Made by a program: the position numbers and the translations under genes
Notes under the pieces: generated by a model
What the model saw: only the letters and a program-made list of their open reading frames with translations
What the model was told of the DNA's origin: nothing
Database searches by the model: none
Part shown: in pieces, positions 38,767 through 48,146 of the stretch
How the letters are laid out: each line of letters begins with the position of its first letter
Position numbering within the stretch: the stretch's first letter is position 1
NCBI GenBank assembly: GCA_000965745.1
Contig: CP009479.1
Span: forward strand, 1,952,001 to 2,016,000
Direction: 5' to 3'
Length of the DNA: 64,000 nt
Origin: an uncultured archaeon
GTDB taxonomy: Archaea; Thermoplasmatota; Thermoplasmata; Thermoplasmatales; Thermoplasmataceae

Positions 38767-41493
38767 TCAATCCCAGAACCTTCTGTTTCTGGCAAAATCC
38801 ATTTCTGCGGTGAGGATGGCCCGGACAAAGTCCTCATCACTCGTGTAACTGACTTCTAGAAGCCTCGAGCCTGTCTCAGGCCCTATTCCCCTTGCGGCCA
38901 TTACCATGACTGCCTTCATCCCCCTCTCCCTTACCAGGTGTGCATTCTTTATGAGCCTGTTTCTTGTCTTGACTGCCTCCCTGCTGTCGCCTTCCGCTTT
39001 GCTCAGCAGGTCCCTTTCGAATGGCGAGAGTGAGGCAACAAGATAACTCCCGCAATTCGGGCATTTTATAGTTTCAATGTCGCGTATACGCTGCGTCCTG
39101 ACATTTCTGCACCTGGTGCAGTAGAGAGTAACCTCCTCATTCTGTATCCTCTTGTGAACCGACTCAAGAATAGTCTTTGTCGGCTTGAGCGGAGAAACAC
39201 GCTCAGAATAATGAGACAGGAAAACTTTGGAGGACTCGGACATTCCATCCTTCAGTACAAACTCTATGTCGTCAGGGAGCCGTTTCATGAAGTGGGAGAG
39301 CGACTCAATGTCCATGTAGTCCGACATGAGCTTTCTTATGGCGTCCCTGTAAACAGGTGTGTCATGGTAGGCATCAACGATCTTCTCAAATCTCAGTCTC
39401 CCTATGTCTGCATCATTGCTGATGATGCTGAACTTCTTTGCCTCATAGAGGAATACAGATGAGAAAAACCTCGATCTCCTGGCAGTTCCAAGTATGTAGG
39501 ACTCAATCATCTCAGGCTTGATGCCGAGTATGATGTTCCTCATGTCCTCGGCCTTTATCTTTCTGGAACTTCTCATGTAGATATGGTAAGGGGAATAGTC
39601 GACTTCCACGCTCTCGCCGGTGATTGACGCGACAAGGCTGGAAAGGATTTCCGCAAGTGCGAAATTCGCCCGTGTACCCAGAAGTACCTGTATTATTGTC
39701 TCTGATCCGTATGATTCGATAATCACCTGGTCAAGGGTTGCGGGGTCCTTGTCATACCAGTCAAGTATACTGCTTCTGGAGTTTTCCGCTACTTCATCAG
39801 TCACTATCCTGTTCTTCCTGTTATGGGAAACCATTTCTGTAACATCGGGCAGGACCGGTATCTCCTCCCCTGACCACTTTGGGGCTATTGCCGCCGTTGA
39901 GAATGGCTCGACCAGGATCTTTTCCTCATCCAGCCTGATAGTCCTCCAGGTCATCCCCTTCATCACAAAGTATGTCCCGGGTTCTATCTCGTTTATCACA
40001 TACCGTTCATCCAGAGTCCCAATGAACTTCCTGTTTATTGTATCTATGACTTTGTAGTTCTTCTCACTGGGGATCATCGATATGTTCTCGATGTAATACC
40101 TCAAAACACCCCTTTTCTTGCCTATGGTATCGTCCTGGATCCAGATCTTGTTTATTGAAGCAAGGAAATCCAGGAGATCGTCGAATTCCGCCTCTGTGAG
40201 AGTCCTGAAGGGGTACGCGGAAGTTATGATGTTGAACATGTCCTTCCTGTTGATCCTGCCCCTGAAGTACAGCTCGTTAATGATCTGGTTTGCCACCGTT
40301 GCAAGGGAGTTCCGGCGGATCAAAATGTCTTCAAGATGCCCTCCCTTTATGTGGGAAACGATAGCCATTGCCTCCTCCAGCTCAATAATGTCGCTGCAGA
40401 TTATGTACCCCTTGGACACCTTGCCTATCCAGTGCCCTGATCTCCCGATCCTCTGGATAAGTTTATTGATCTGCCTTGATGAATTAAACTGTATCACCAG
40501 ATCGGCGGACCCTATGTCTATGCCAAGTTCGAGAGATGAAGTGCAGATGAGAGCCTTTATCTTGCCAGCTTTGAATTCCTGCTCGGCTGTTTCCCTCGTG
40601 GCCTTCGAAAGGGAGCCATGGTGGACTTGAACCGACGGGTTGTCAAGAAGAAGCCTGAGGCGGAATGCAATGTCTTCCGCAACACTTCTGGTGTTGACGA
40701 AAACTAATGTTCCATTATGCTGTTCTATCAGTGACCAGATGAAGGTGATAGCCCCCGCATACGACTGATCACATCCCATTACCTCTGCATCCTGCTCAGA
40801 CGAGTCGGGTGGTATGATAAGAGTGACATCCAGTTTCTTCTCTATGTCTGTCCGTATAATCTCGACCGGATCTGACGGGGAAAGAAACCTGGAGAGTTCA
40901 CCGGAATTGCCGACAGTCGCTGACAGTCCAATTCTCTGGAAATTCCCTGCCACATCCTTCAGCCTCTCCATAGCAATTGCAAACTGGGACCCGCGCTCAT
41001 TCTGTGCAGCTTCATGCAGCTCGTCAACAACAACGTACTTCACGTTGCTGATCACCTCCCTCAGCCTCTTGCCGTTGAGAAGGATCTGAAGTGATTCCGG
41101 TGTCGTTATAAGGATGTCTGCGGGGTGTGTGACAATCTTCCTGCGGTCTGCACTTGATACATCACTGTGCCTGACCTGGGTTCGTATACCGAGCTCTTTT
41201 CCATACTCTATCAGGCGTCCGAGCATATCCCTGTTTAGGGCTCTGAGGGGAGTAATATAAAGAGTCGATATCGGCTTTGGCTTTTCTGAAAGGATCTTGT
41301 GGAAAATTGGCAGAATAGCCGCTTCAGTTTTCCCGCTTCCCGTGGGTGAAAGAAGCAGGGCATTCTTGCCCTCCAGAACGGTTGGTATCATTCTTTCCTG
41401 AGCTCCAGTGGGCTCGGATATGCCGTTGGCTGTAAGCATCCGTATTATTCGTATGTCCAGATTGTCAAAGGAAGATTCCATTCCAAGTTTCAT
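38767..41493 (-). CDS. lhr: Lhr-family DEAD/DEAH helicase with a C-terminal Zn finger
   Basis: SPTGSGKT, TTPESL, VDELH, GLSAT, HHGSL, TSSLELGID, QRIGRSGH, CxxC...CxxC. Confidence 0.92.
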   Translation of the reverse strand: MKLGMESSFDNLDIRIIRMLTANGISEPTGAQERMIPTVLEGKNALLLSPTGSGKTEAAILPIFHKILSEKPKPISTLYITPLRALNRDMLGRLIEYGKELGIRTQVRHSDVSSADRRKIVTHPADILITTPESLQILLNGKRLREVISNVKYVVVDELHEAAQNERGSQFAIAMERLKDVAGNFQRIGLSATVGNSGELSRFLSPSDPVEIIRTDIEKKLDVTLIIPPDSSEQDAEVMGCDQSYAGAITFIWSLIEQHNGTLVFVNTRSVAEDIAFRLRLLLDNPSVQVHHGSLSKATRETAEQEFKAGKIKALICTSSLELGIDIGSADLVIQFNSSRQINKLIQRIGRSGHWIGKVSKGYIICSDIIELEEAMAIVSHIKGGHLEDILIRRNSLATVANQIINELYFRGRINRKDMFNIITSAYPFRTLTEAEFDDLLDFLASINKIWIQDDTIGKKRGVLRYYIENISMIPSEKNYKVIDTINRKFIGTLDERYVINEIEPGTYFVMKGMTWRTIRLDEEKILVEPFSTAAIAPKWSGEEIPVLPDVTEMVSHNRKNRIVTDEVAENSRSSILDWYDKDPATLDQVIIESYGSETIIQVLLGTRANFALAEILSSLVASITGESVEVDYSPYHIYMRSSRKIKAEDMRNIILGIKPEMIESYILGTARRSRFFSSVFLYEAKKFSIISNDADIGRLRFEKIVDAYHDTPVYRDAIRKLMSDYMDIESLSHFMKRLPDDIEFVLKDGMSESSKVFLSHYSERVSPLKPTKTILESVHKRIQNEEVTLYCTRCRNVRTQRIRDIETIKCPNCGSYLVASLSPFERDLLSKAEGDSREAVKTRNRLIKNAHLVRERGMKAVMVMAARGIGPETGSRLLEVSYTSDEDFVRAILTAEMDFARNRRFWD

Positions 41494-41680
41494 TCCCGTT
41501 ATCGGTAGTGTCAGGTGAGCTGAACTCTTGCTATATTCAAGATTGGTATAAATTCTAGGCTATTTCAAATTGCTCATATCAATGGTAAAACACACATTCT
41601 TGACCCGGTACCTGGAGAATCCCGGGCTGATAATATGACACAGGATGCTCCAGGCACATCTCAAAAAAAATCAATTCTCA

Positions 41681-41749
41681 CTATAAATCATCGTCGTCGT
41701 CATTATCTTCATCATCGTCGTAATCTCTTCTCTTAATGAAGCTCAACAA
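41681..41749 (-). CDS. Putative 22-aa acidic micropeptide MLSFIKRRDYDDDEDNDDDDDL
   Basis: GGAGGTG SD 7 nt upstream of TTG, TATAAATA box upstream, tandem TAG TGA stops, then a T8 tract. Confidence 0.55.
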   Translation of the reverse strand: MLSFIKRRDYDDDEDNDDDDDL

Positions 41750-41924
41750 GTGAGAACACCTCCAGATTAACTTAACTTCAACCGATATTTATACTTTGCA
41801 GAGGAACAGTTGCACTACATTCAAAATGAGGAATAATAATGGGGTCAGACTTTCCTGCAATACATTGTTATCCGACAAATAGGGATAAAGTCTAATATAT
41901 GGTTATCAATAACCCGACGATATT

Positions 41925-42086
41925 ATGACCGACAAGCTCGCTGAAGTTGAAATATCAAAAGAAGGAGAGACATATTATGCAACTATCACCCTTACATCGG
42001 GTGAGGTTATAACGCTAGAAAACGAGGATTTTGAAGAGGTCATTGAGCAGGTGGCAAATGATCTGCAGGACAGATATGGATCCTGA
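41925..42086 (+). CDS. 53-aa acidic hypothetical protein MTDKLAEVEISKEGETYYATITLTSGEVITLENEDFEEVIEQVANDLQDRYGS
   Basis: ATG about 25 nt after a TAATATAT box (leaderless); beta-beta-beta-alpha-like pattern; below the ORF-track size cutoff. Confidence 0.7.
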   Translation: MTDKLAEVEISKEGETYYATITLTSGEVITLENEDFEEVIEQVANDLQDRYGS

Positions 42087-42168
42087 GCGAGGATGGCCCA
42101 GTGGTACGGCGGCAGCCTGCTAAGCTGTTTCTCTTATGAGATCGGGGGTTCGAGTCCCCCTCCTCGCG
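42087..42168 (+). tRNA. tRNA-Ser(GCT)
   Basis: GCGAGGA/TCCTCGC acceptor stem, GCAGC-CTGCTAA-GCTGT anticodon arm, long variable arm, GGGGG-TTCGAGT-CCCCC T-arm, G73. Confidence 0.95.
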
Positions 42169-42231
42169 CTTGCCAATCTTCATTCCGGGAAACAGGTTGC
42201 ATTTAGGGCCGACCTTGAATGAGTTTTCGTT

Positions 42232-44208
42232 TCATAGGTCTTCAACCAGTGACATGGCTCTCAGAATTTTCATCTTTTCAGAAGCACTTTCTCTGAGACC
42301 CTGTGCGTCTTTCATGCTGTTTGTTATAAGATCAAGCTTGTCCTTCGTTGGCAAAAGGACATATATCTTTGACAGGTCTTCATCAAGAATTGAAGGTATG
42401 GCTGCTCCCGTTAAGTATCTCCTCACCTGGGCCAGGAACCATTCAGTCCTGAGATAATAGAGCAGGTAATGCTTATCGATTTTCCTGGGTTTCAGCACCC
42501 TGAATCCATTTGTGCAGACCGCGCCATCGTATTCCTTCGTTACAATTGCAGAAGCATGTTTTTCGGTCCCAGTAGAGACTCCGGCCACCGCAGTTATCAC
42601 CTCCCCTTTCCTGATTTCATAAGTTGCTCTGCCTGGAAGGTCACTTACCCTCATTCTCTGCGAGCCCACGATCTCGCTTGTTTCTGCATTTACGTTAGTT
42701 ATTTCAACATATTGCGTGTATTCGTCCGGGTATCTCATGACTGGAGATTTTCCGGACTTAATTTCCACCAATTCTCCCAGGGTCGGTGCTCCGCGTGATA
42801 TGAGGGCGTCTACCAGTTTCTTATAATCAGGCTTATAGAATTCTGCATCAAGCCTGTTCCCTATTTCACTGAACTTCCTCGTAAAAGCAATGTTCCCTCT
42901 CTCGGGATCCATTCCTGCCTCAAACTGAGTGAATTGCCTCACCACTTCGCTCATGTCTTCATCAGGGACAATTTCGCCTGCTCTATTCTGCCTGAAAAGT
43001 GGTGTTGCGTTCTTGTCTCCCCTGTACCCGATATTCTCCACTATGGAGAAAAATATTCTGTAATCTTCATTTTCCAATCGCTTAAGCTCATCCTTCCCGG
43101 TCTTCTTCATAAGGAGCACTGAAGTCTTCACACCGGTGCCATGCGGTATGAACGTCTTCGAAGGCAACGACACAACACCCACTATCTGAAAATTCTCCAT
43201 CAGGTACCTTCTGACATAACCCATAGTCTTGTTCTCCAGTATTCCATCCGGCAGGACAATTGCGACCTTTCCACCATCTTTCGCCAGTTCCATGGACCTC
43301 TCTATGAAAAGTATCTCGGGAACCTGCGCCTTCTGAAGTACCCCGGATATGGTGAAGCCATCGTTTACCCGTTCCCATACTCTCCCAAATTGGAATCTTT
43401 CAAGGTAGGAGCGTTCGCTTATCCTTCCGCGGCTCCCGAAAGGGGGATTTGTGAGGACAAAATCAAACCCGTTTCTAAACTCCTCAGGGAGGCAGTTGCC
43501 AGAATTCCCAAAATCCCATAACCCGTCAGCATTGATAATCCTGGAGTTGTTATCGCCCTCCAGAATCATTCTGATACGCGCAAGCCTCATCATGGAAGGG
43601 CTTGTTTCGATGCCGACATAGTTGGAGGAGAGGGGTGCTGTTTTCATCACTTCTTTATTTTTCACGTATCTCAGACTGCGAACAAGAAATCCTCCGGCTC
43701 CGCAGGCAGGGTCAATAATCCTGCTTTCGCGTGACGGTTTTACCATATTCACCACCAGGTCGACTACAGGGTCAGGTGTCAGGAACTGCCCCCTGTCTCC
43801 CCTGAGGCTTGAGAATACAAATTTCTGGAAAGCAGTTCCCTTGTCATCCCGGTCAGTTCCTTTCAGCGTAACTTTTTGCAGGCTTTCCATAGTGTAAGCT
43901 AAAGTGGGTTCCTTCAGGCCAATGGATTCTCTTTCTTTGAAAATGCCGGGATAGTTTCTTTTCACCCGTTCAAAAATAGCATCAATTTCGTTTTTGAACT
44001 CCCCGTCTGGAATTCTGCCTCTTTCCCTATGCCAGATATTTGTCGATTGGAGTATCTCCTGTCCATCCTCCATTTCCAGCTCTAATTTTAGAAAGAGGGC
44101 TTTGACGAACTCATCGAGAGCTTCAAAGGGTGAGAGCCCCTCGTTAGCGTATATATGGTTGTGAATTTTACCGAACAACTGTAATAGTGTGTCACTCTTG
44201 TTGGGCAC
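42232..44208 (-). CDS. N6-adenine DNA methyltransferase fused to one target-recognition domain (type I M+S-like)
   Basis: GQFLTP, IIDPACGAGGFL, VLTNPPFG, AIVLPDGIL, RLDAEFY, and a C-terminal HsdS-like TRD. Confidence 0.88.
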   Translation of the reverse strand: MPNKSDTLLQLFGKIHNHIYANEGLSPFEALDEFVKALFLKLELEMEDGQEILQSTNIWHRERGRIPDGEFKNEIDAIFERVKRNYPGIFKERESIGLKEPTLAYTMESLQKVTLKGTDRDDKGTAFQKFVFSSLRGDRGQFLTPDPVVDLVVNMVKPSRESRIIDPACGAGGFLVRSLRYVKNKEVMKTAPLSSNYVGIETSPSMMRLARIRMILEGDNNSRIINADGLWDFGNSGNCLPEEFRNGFDFVLTNPPFGSRGRISERSYLERFQFGRVWERVNDGFTISGVLQKAQVPEILFIERSMELAKDGGKVAIVLPDGILENKTMGYVRRYLMENFQIVGVVSLPSKTFIPHGTGVKTSVLLMKKTGKDELKRLENEDYRIFFSIVENIGYRGDKNATPLFRQNRAGEIVPDEDMSEVVRQFTQFEAGMDPERGNIAFTRKFSEIGNRLDAEFYKPDYKKLVDALISRGAPTLGELVEIKSGKSPVMRYPDEYTQYVEITNVNAETSEIVGSQRMRVSDLPGRATYEIRKGEVITAVAGVSTGTEKHASAIVTKEYDGAVCTNGFRVLKPRKIDKHYLLYYLRTEWFLAQVRRYLTGAAIPSILDEDLSKIYVLLPTKDKLDLITNSMKDAQGLRESASEKMKILRAMSLVEDL

Positions 44209-44680
44209 TTTACACTATTGTGTTAAAAAGCTAATAAATGTTTTTCACCGGCTTCTATTGGGCCCCACGATTATAATTTCGTGCCCGCTACAGGAACGGA
44301 GCCTTCCCTTCCTTTTCAGAATCTGGAATGAGACTGAAAAAGATTCCGTCGTACGGCGTAAAAGAGACTCCGGCAATCTCATTAAATTGCCGAATGAAAT
44401 AAGGTAATGTTATAATACGAATAGTTTATGGAAGACTGTTGTTGTTTCCCATGAGCCTTATTTTTGGTATCCCATGTGCAGAAGAGCGCTCTACCGTTGA
44501 TTTCTGCCCATGAGAACGACTTGGATATGAAGCAATTTGCACAACTGCTTCCTCCCCGGAACGTGATCTGAAACAATATGAATATCCGCCATAGTTACTA
44601 ATCAAGTTGTAATTACTCTTTAATCAAATAAAATAATATACTTAGTTTAGTTTATATATGTTATTAAATATATCTTATCA

Positions 44681-44848
44681 ATGGAAAACGCCAGCACACT
44701 TCTAGAAACCACAAGGGTATCCAGATCCAGATCATTTCGGATATCGCTTCCAAAAAGGGTAGCAGACAGAATGGATGTAGGGCCGGATGATATAATCGGG
44801 TTCTACAGCAACGAAAGTGGCGAGATTGTCATAAGAAAACTCATCTGA
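44681..44848 (+). CDS. AbrB/SpoVT-fold small DNA-binding protein, paralog 1 (55 aa)
   Basis: Manual translation MENASTLLETTRVSRSRSFRISLPKRVADRMDVGPDDIIGFYSNESGEIVIRKLI; TTTATATA upstream. Confidence 0.85.
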   Translation: MENASTLLETTRVSRSRSFRISLPKRVADRMDVGPDDIIGFYSNESGEIVIRKLI

Positions 44849-44967
44849 CTGGATAGTTTCCACAACTAGTCTACTTGATGCATTTGGTTATAATGATACA
44901 TGAAGACTGCTGATGTAATTAGTCAGTTAAGTTGATTTTATATAATAACTCGCCTTATGCCGTAAGA

Positions 44968-45138
44968 ATGGAAGATCGAGAGGAAGAATTAATTGCCGTT
45001 GTGCAAGCAAGCAAATTTCAGTCTTCGGTTAAAGTCACAATACCAAAGAAGGTGGTAAGGGAACTGGAGCTTGAACACGGCTCTTTTGTGGGGTTCTACA
45101 GGCAAAAAAACTTCATAGTAATCAGAAGGATGAAATAA
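44968..45138 (+). CDS. AbrB/SpoVT-fold small DNA-binding protein, paralog 2 (56 aa)
   Basis: VKVTIPKKVVRELELEHGSFVGFY...IVIRRM. Confidence 0.8.
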   Translation: MEDREEELIAVVQASKFQSSVKVTIPKKVVRELELEHGSFVGFYRQKNFIVIRRMK

Positions 45139-45155
45139 TGGCCTCGTATAGGGTT

Positions 45156-45323
45156 TCAGGACAGCCTCCTTATTATGATGTCTCCGTCTGCGTCCAGGTA
45201 GAAACCTATGATGCTTTCCGGGTCCACCTTAAGTTTTGAAGCAACTCTTCTTGGAATGGAGATTCTCAGGGACGATGATTTCGAAACTCTTACGGTATCA
45301 AGAAGTACCTCACTCTTGCTCAT
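45156..45323 (-). CDS. AbrB/SpoVT-fold small DNA-binding protein, paralog 3 (55 aa)
   Basis: LLDTVRVSKSSSLRISIPRRVASKLKVDPESIIGFYLDADGDIIIRRLS. Confidence 0.85.
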   Translation of the reverse strand: MSKSEVLLDTVRVSKSSSLRISIPRRVASKLKVDPESIIGFYLDADGDIIIRRLS

Positions 45324-45559
45324 TGTTTTTTTATAGCGAGATGCGTTAAAAGTCAACTCTATAAATATTCAGGCTAAATGCTTTACCAATGGTTTACAGA
45401 ATGCACAGTAAATGCCGTCGCAGGGCAGCTGGCCTGCCGAATTGAGAGAATGGATGCCTGTTATCCGCACTGGCAGAAACGCGATACCTTGCCATGGGTT
45501 GTTTTACTCTTTCACTGAATGAAGAATTGGTTATCGGCTGGCTATGGGAAATAAAGGCT

Positions 45560-45727
45560 TTAACTCAGTTTTCTAATTATTATTTCACCCTTTTCATCAG
45601 AATAGAAACCAACAATGTCGTCTGGCTCAATCCCAAGTTTCTGGGCGATTCTCCTGGGCAATGACATCCTGAGGGAACGGGACCTTGAAACCCTGGTAGT
45701 TTCTACAAGCGTGTTGCTGTTGTCCAT
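45560..45727 (-). CDS. AbrB/SpoVT-fold small DNA-binding protein, paralog 4 (55 aa)
   Basis: LVETTRVSRSRSLRMSLPRRIAQKLGIEPDDIVGFYSDEKGEIIIRKLS. Confidence 0.85.
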   Translation of the reverse strand: MDNSNTLVETTRVSRSRSLRMSLPRRIAQKLGIEPDDIVGFYSDEKGEIIIRKLS

Positions 45728-45789
45728 AGGTCTAGATATAGGCATTCTGTATAAAATATATATTAGGCATACAGTGCAACAGTATATGT

Positions 45790-46298
45790 CCACAGGCGTA
45801 ACTTCGGGAGTGCCCCCCTACTTTCTCCAGCGCCCGGTTGAGAATGTTGATTGCGGCATTGAGGTCCCTGTCGATCTTATAGCCGCAGGAGCTGCAGTGA
45901 AACATCCTTTCAGCCAGTTTCAGCGTTTCCTTTTTCCATCCCCAATTTCAGCATTCTCTTGATGTGTTCCTTGGATCCACAGGTACCGCTTCCCTGCCGG
46001 CACTCTCAGCCTTGTAGGTGGTGTATTGTACAATCGTGCTCCAAGCTGCGCCTGTTATGCTCTTAGCGAGATGGTGATTCTTCATCATCCCGGTAGCATT
46101 CAGTTTTTCAAAGGCAATCAGATCATTATTCTGCACCAGCATGTTGGAAAGCTTGTGTGCAAATTCATCCCTCTGATTCTTCTCCTTCCAATGCTGCTTT
46201 GAGAGGTTGATCTTCGCCTTATTTCGATTGTTTGATCCCTTCTCCTTGCGTGACAGGTCTCTCTGTGCCTTCCTGGTCCCCTTCTCTCCCGTCTTCAT
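45790..46298 (-). mobile_element. tnpB: IS200/IS605 TnpB remnant (5'-truncated, frameshifted)
   Basis: LSRKEKGSNNRNKAK, IAFEKL, YKAESAG, VDPRNTSREC*, then FHCSSCGYKIDRDLNAAINIL and GTPEVTPVD in shifted frames. Confidence 0.88.
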
Positions 46299-46473
46299 GA
46301 GAGTTAAAACGGACCATGTTTGTGCATCTTGGATATAATTCCAACAGTCTATCGTTTTATAACACTTACTTTATTAATGAAATTTCAAATATAAACTGTA
46401 ACAAATATGAAAAGTTTACTAGATGCAGTTGTGCATTTTTATTATATGCATGTAACACATTTAAGCTATAAAG

Positions 46474-46851
46474 ATGGAAGCCGAAAATAGCACTCACACG
46501 TCAGAAGACCCATTTATGAGACTTCTCTGCATAATAAACAGGAAATGGACAATTCTGACCATAGTCGCAATCGGAAACCATGAGGGAGTAAGGTTTAACG
46601 ATCTGAAGAGAGAGCTCGACGGGGTCAGCCCTAAAACACTGTCTGAAACGATCAGAGAGCTGGATAACATCGGTGTGGTTACAACAGTGAGGTCTCCAGG
46701 CCCCCCATTGAGGATCCAGTATTTTCTGACGAACGACGGCCATGAACTTCACAGGTCGGTTCTTCCGGCTCTGAGGTGGGTCTTTGACAAGTCCCCAGCA
46801 TGCAGCTCAACGGCAGTGTTGGAAGCTCTGGAGAGAAATATTAAAAAATGA
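46474..46851 (+). CDS. HxlR-family wHTH transcriptional regulator
   Basis: RKWTIL, RFNDLKREL.GVSPKTLS, YFLTNDG. Confidence 0.9.
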   Translation: MEAENSTHTSEDPFMRLLCIINRKWTILTIVAIGNHEGVRFNDLKRELDGVSPKTLSETIRELDNIGVVTTVRSPGPPLRIQYFLTNDGHELHRSVLPALRWVFDKSPACSSTAVLEALERNIKK

Positions 46852-46896
46852 TGCCTTCAGTAAAAATAAAGGAAGAAGATACTTTCCCGGTAAGAC

Positions 46897-47100
46897 TCAG
46901 AACCAGGTGTTCCGGTCCATGTTTTTTATCTCATCCCGGAGCTTCTCCTTGAAATCCTCAAAGCTTTTGCTCCTGTAAGCAACGTCACGTATCATGACAA
47001 CGTCACGTTGCAGCTGCTCTTTTTTACCGTTCTCAAAACCCTTTACGTACGCCAGATCAAGATTGGGCCCGAATATTGTCGATTGATATTGTTCCGCCAT
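46897..47100 (-). CDS. 67-aa hypothetical protein
   Basis: MAEQYQSTIFGPNLDLAYVKGFENGKKEQ...; fills the gap between two genes with host-like codons. Confidence 0.6.
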   Translation of the reverse strand: MAEQYQSTIFGPNLDLAYVKGFENGKKEQLQRDVVMIRDVAYRSKSFEDFKEKLRDEIKNMDRNTWF

Positions 47101-47194
47101 AATATAACATAGCAGAGCTGGTAAGTAACTATTATCGCTAAGAAAAAAAATGAGGAAATGAGTGAAGTTAGCCGTATAAGCGGGTTTCTCAACA

Positions 47195-48085
47195 CTAGTC
47201 GTTTTTGCGTATGAATTCAGAAAGAACTTCCAGGTATTTGTCCCTCTCTTCCCAGAACTGCATATGCGCACTGTTCTCGAACACTTCCATCTGAGATCCG
47301 CCGATCCTGTCATGTATAGACTTTGCTATTTCAGGCGTAACTTCATCGTGCCTGCCGCATGTTATGAGTGCCGGAATTTTTATGGTGTGCAGGTCATCTT
47401 TAAAGTCAACATCCTTTATGGTCCCGATAATAGTGAATTCACTCGGCCCGTTCATCTTGAGATAGGTTCCCCGTTTTTCCATAACTTCCATTGTATCAGC
47501 TACTTCCCTGGGCCACTCATCCCATCTCAGGAGGTGCTTCTTCATGAAGTACATGGCTGCTTCCTGGTATTCGGGGCTTGAATAATCGCCATCGGCCTCA
47601 TGTTTCTCTATGGCTTCCCTTTCCTTGTCCGGAAGCTGGGAAATGAGCCTGTGCATCTCCTTGACCGTTTCAGATACGCTGGCGAGGCCGCTGCTCGTGG
47701 TGACACTTTTCAGGTGATCCTGGTGTTTCAGTGTATAGGCGAGCGCCAGCATGCCTCCCCATGAACTTCCAAAAAGATGGACTTTATCATCTCCAAAGAG
47801 AGCCTTCCTGACACCATCTACCTCTTCTACTGCATATTCCAGGCTGTAGTCGCTTTCGTTCTTCGGGTCATCGGATTTTCCACAGCCGAACTGATCATAA
47901 AACACTATGTCAAAGTCCTGCCCGGCAAGATCCGATAGCGGAAGCAGGTAGTCGTGCGTTCCCCCGGGACCCCCATGGAGAGTGAGGAGTTTGTACCGGT
48001 TTCCTTTTCCAAAGCGCACATAATACAGGTTCAACCCGTTTACATTTACAAAGCCATCTTCTTTTTTATCGCTGTTTTCAGACAA
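47195..48085 (-). CDS. pip: Proline iminopeptidase (tricorn-interacting factor F1-like)
   Basis: LHGGPG, YDQFGCGKS, GSSWGG nucleophile elbow, MNGPSEF, GRHDEVTP. Confidence 0.92.
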   Translation of the reverse strand: MSENSDKKEDGFVNVNGLNLYYVRFGKGNRYKLLTLHGGPGGTHDYLLPLSDLAGQDFDIVFYDQFGCGKSDDPKNESDYSLEYAVEEVDGVRKALFGDDKVHLFGSSWGGMLALAYTLKHQDHLKSVTTSSGLASVSETVKEMHRLISQLPDKEREAIEKHEADGDYSSPEYQEAAMYFMKKHLLRWDEWPREVADTMEVMEKRGTYLKMNGPSEFTIIGTIKDVDFKDDLHTIKIPALITCGRHDEVTPEIAKSIHDRIGGSQMEVFENSAHMQFWEERDKYLEVLSEFIRKND

Positions 48086-48146
48086 ATTTAGCCCTCCTTG
48101 TAATAAAAATAATAGTTGGATGTTTATTAAAAATATCTAAAAAAAA

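Noticed and set aside
45800-45822. Resemblance of TTCGGGAGTGCCCCCCT to the tRNA-Ser 3' end as a possible attR
   Set aside because: The match is gapped and short, and the conserved tnpB 3' sequence (GTPEVTPV) explains it.
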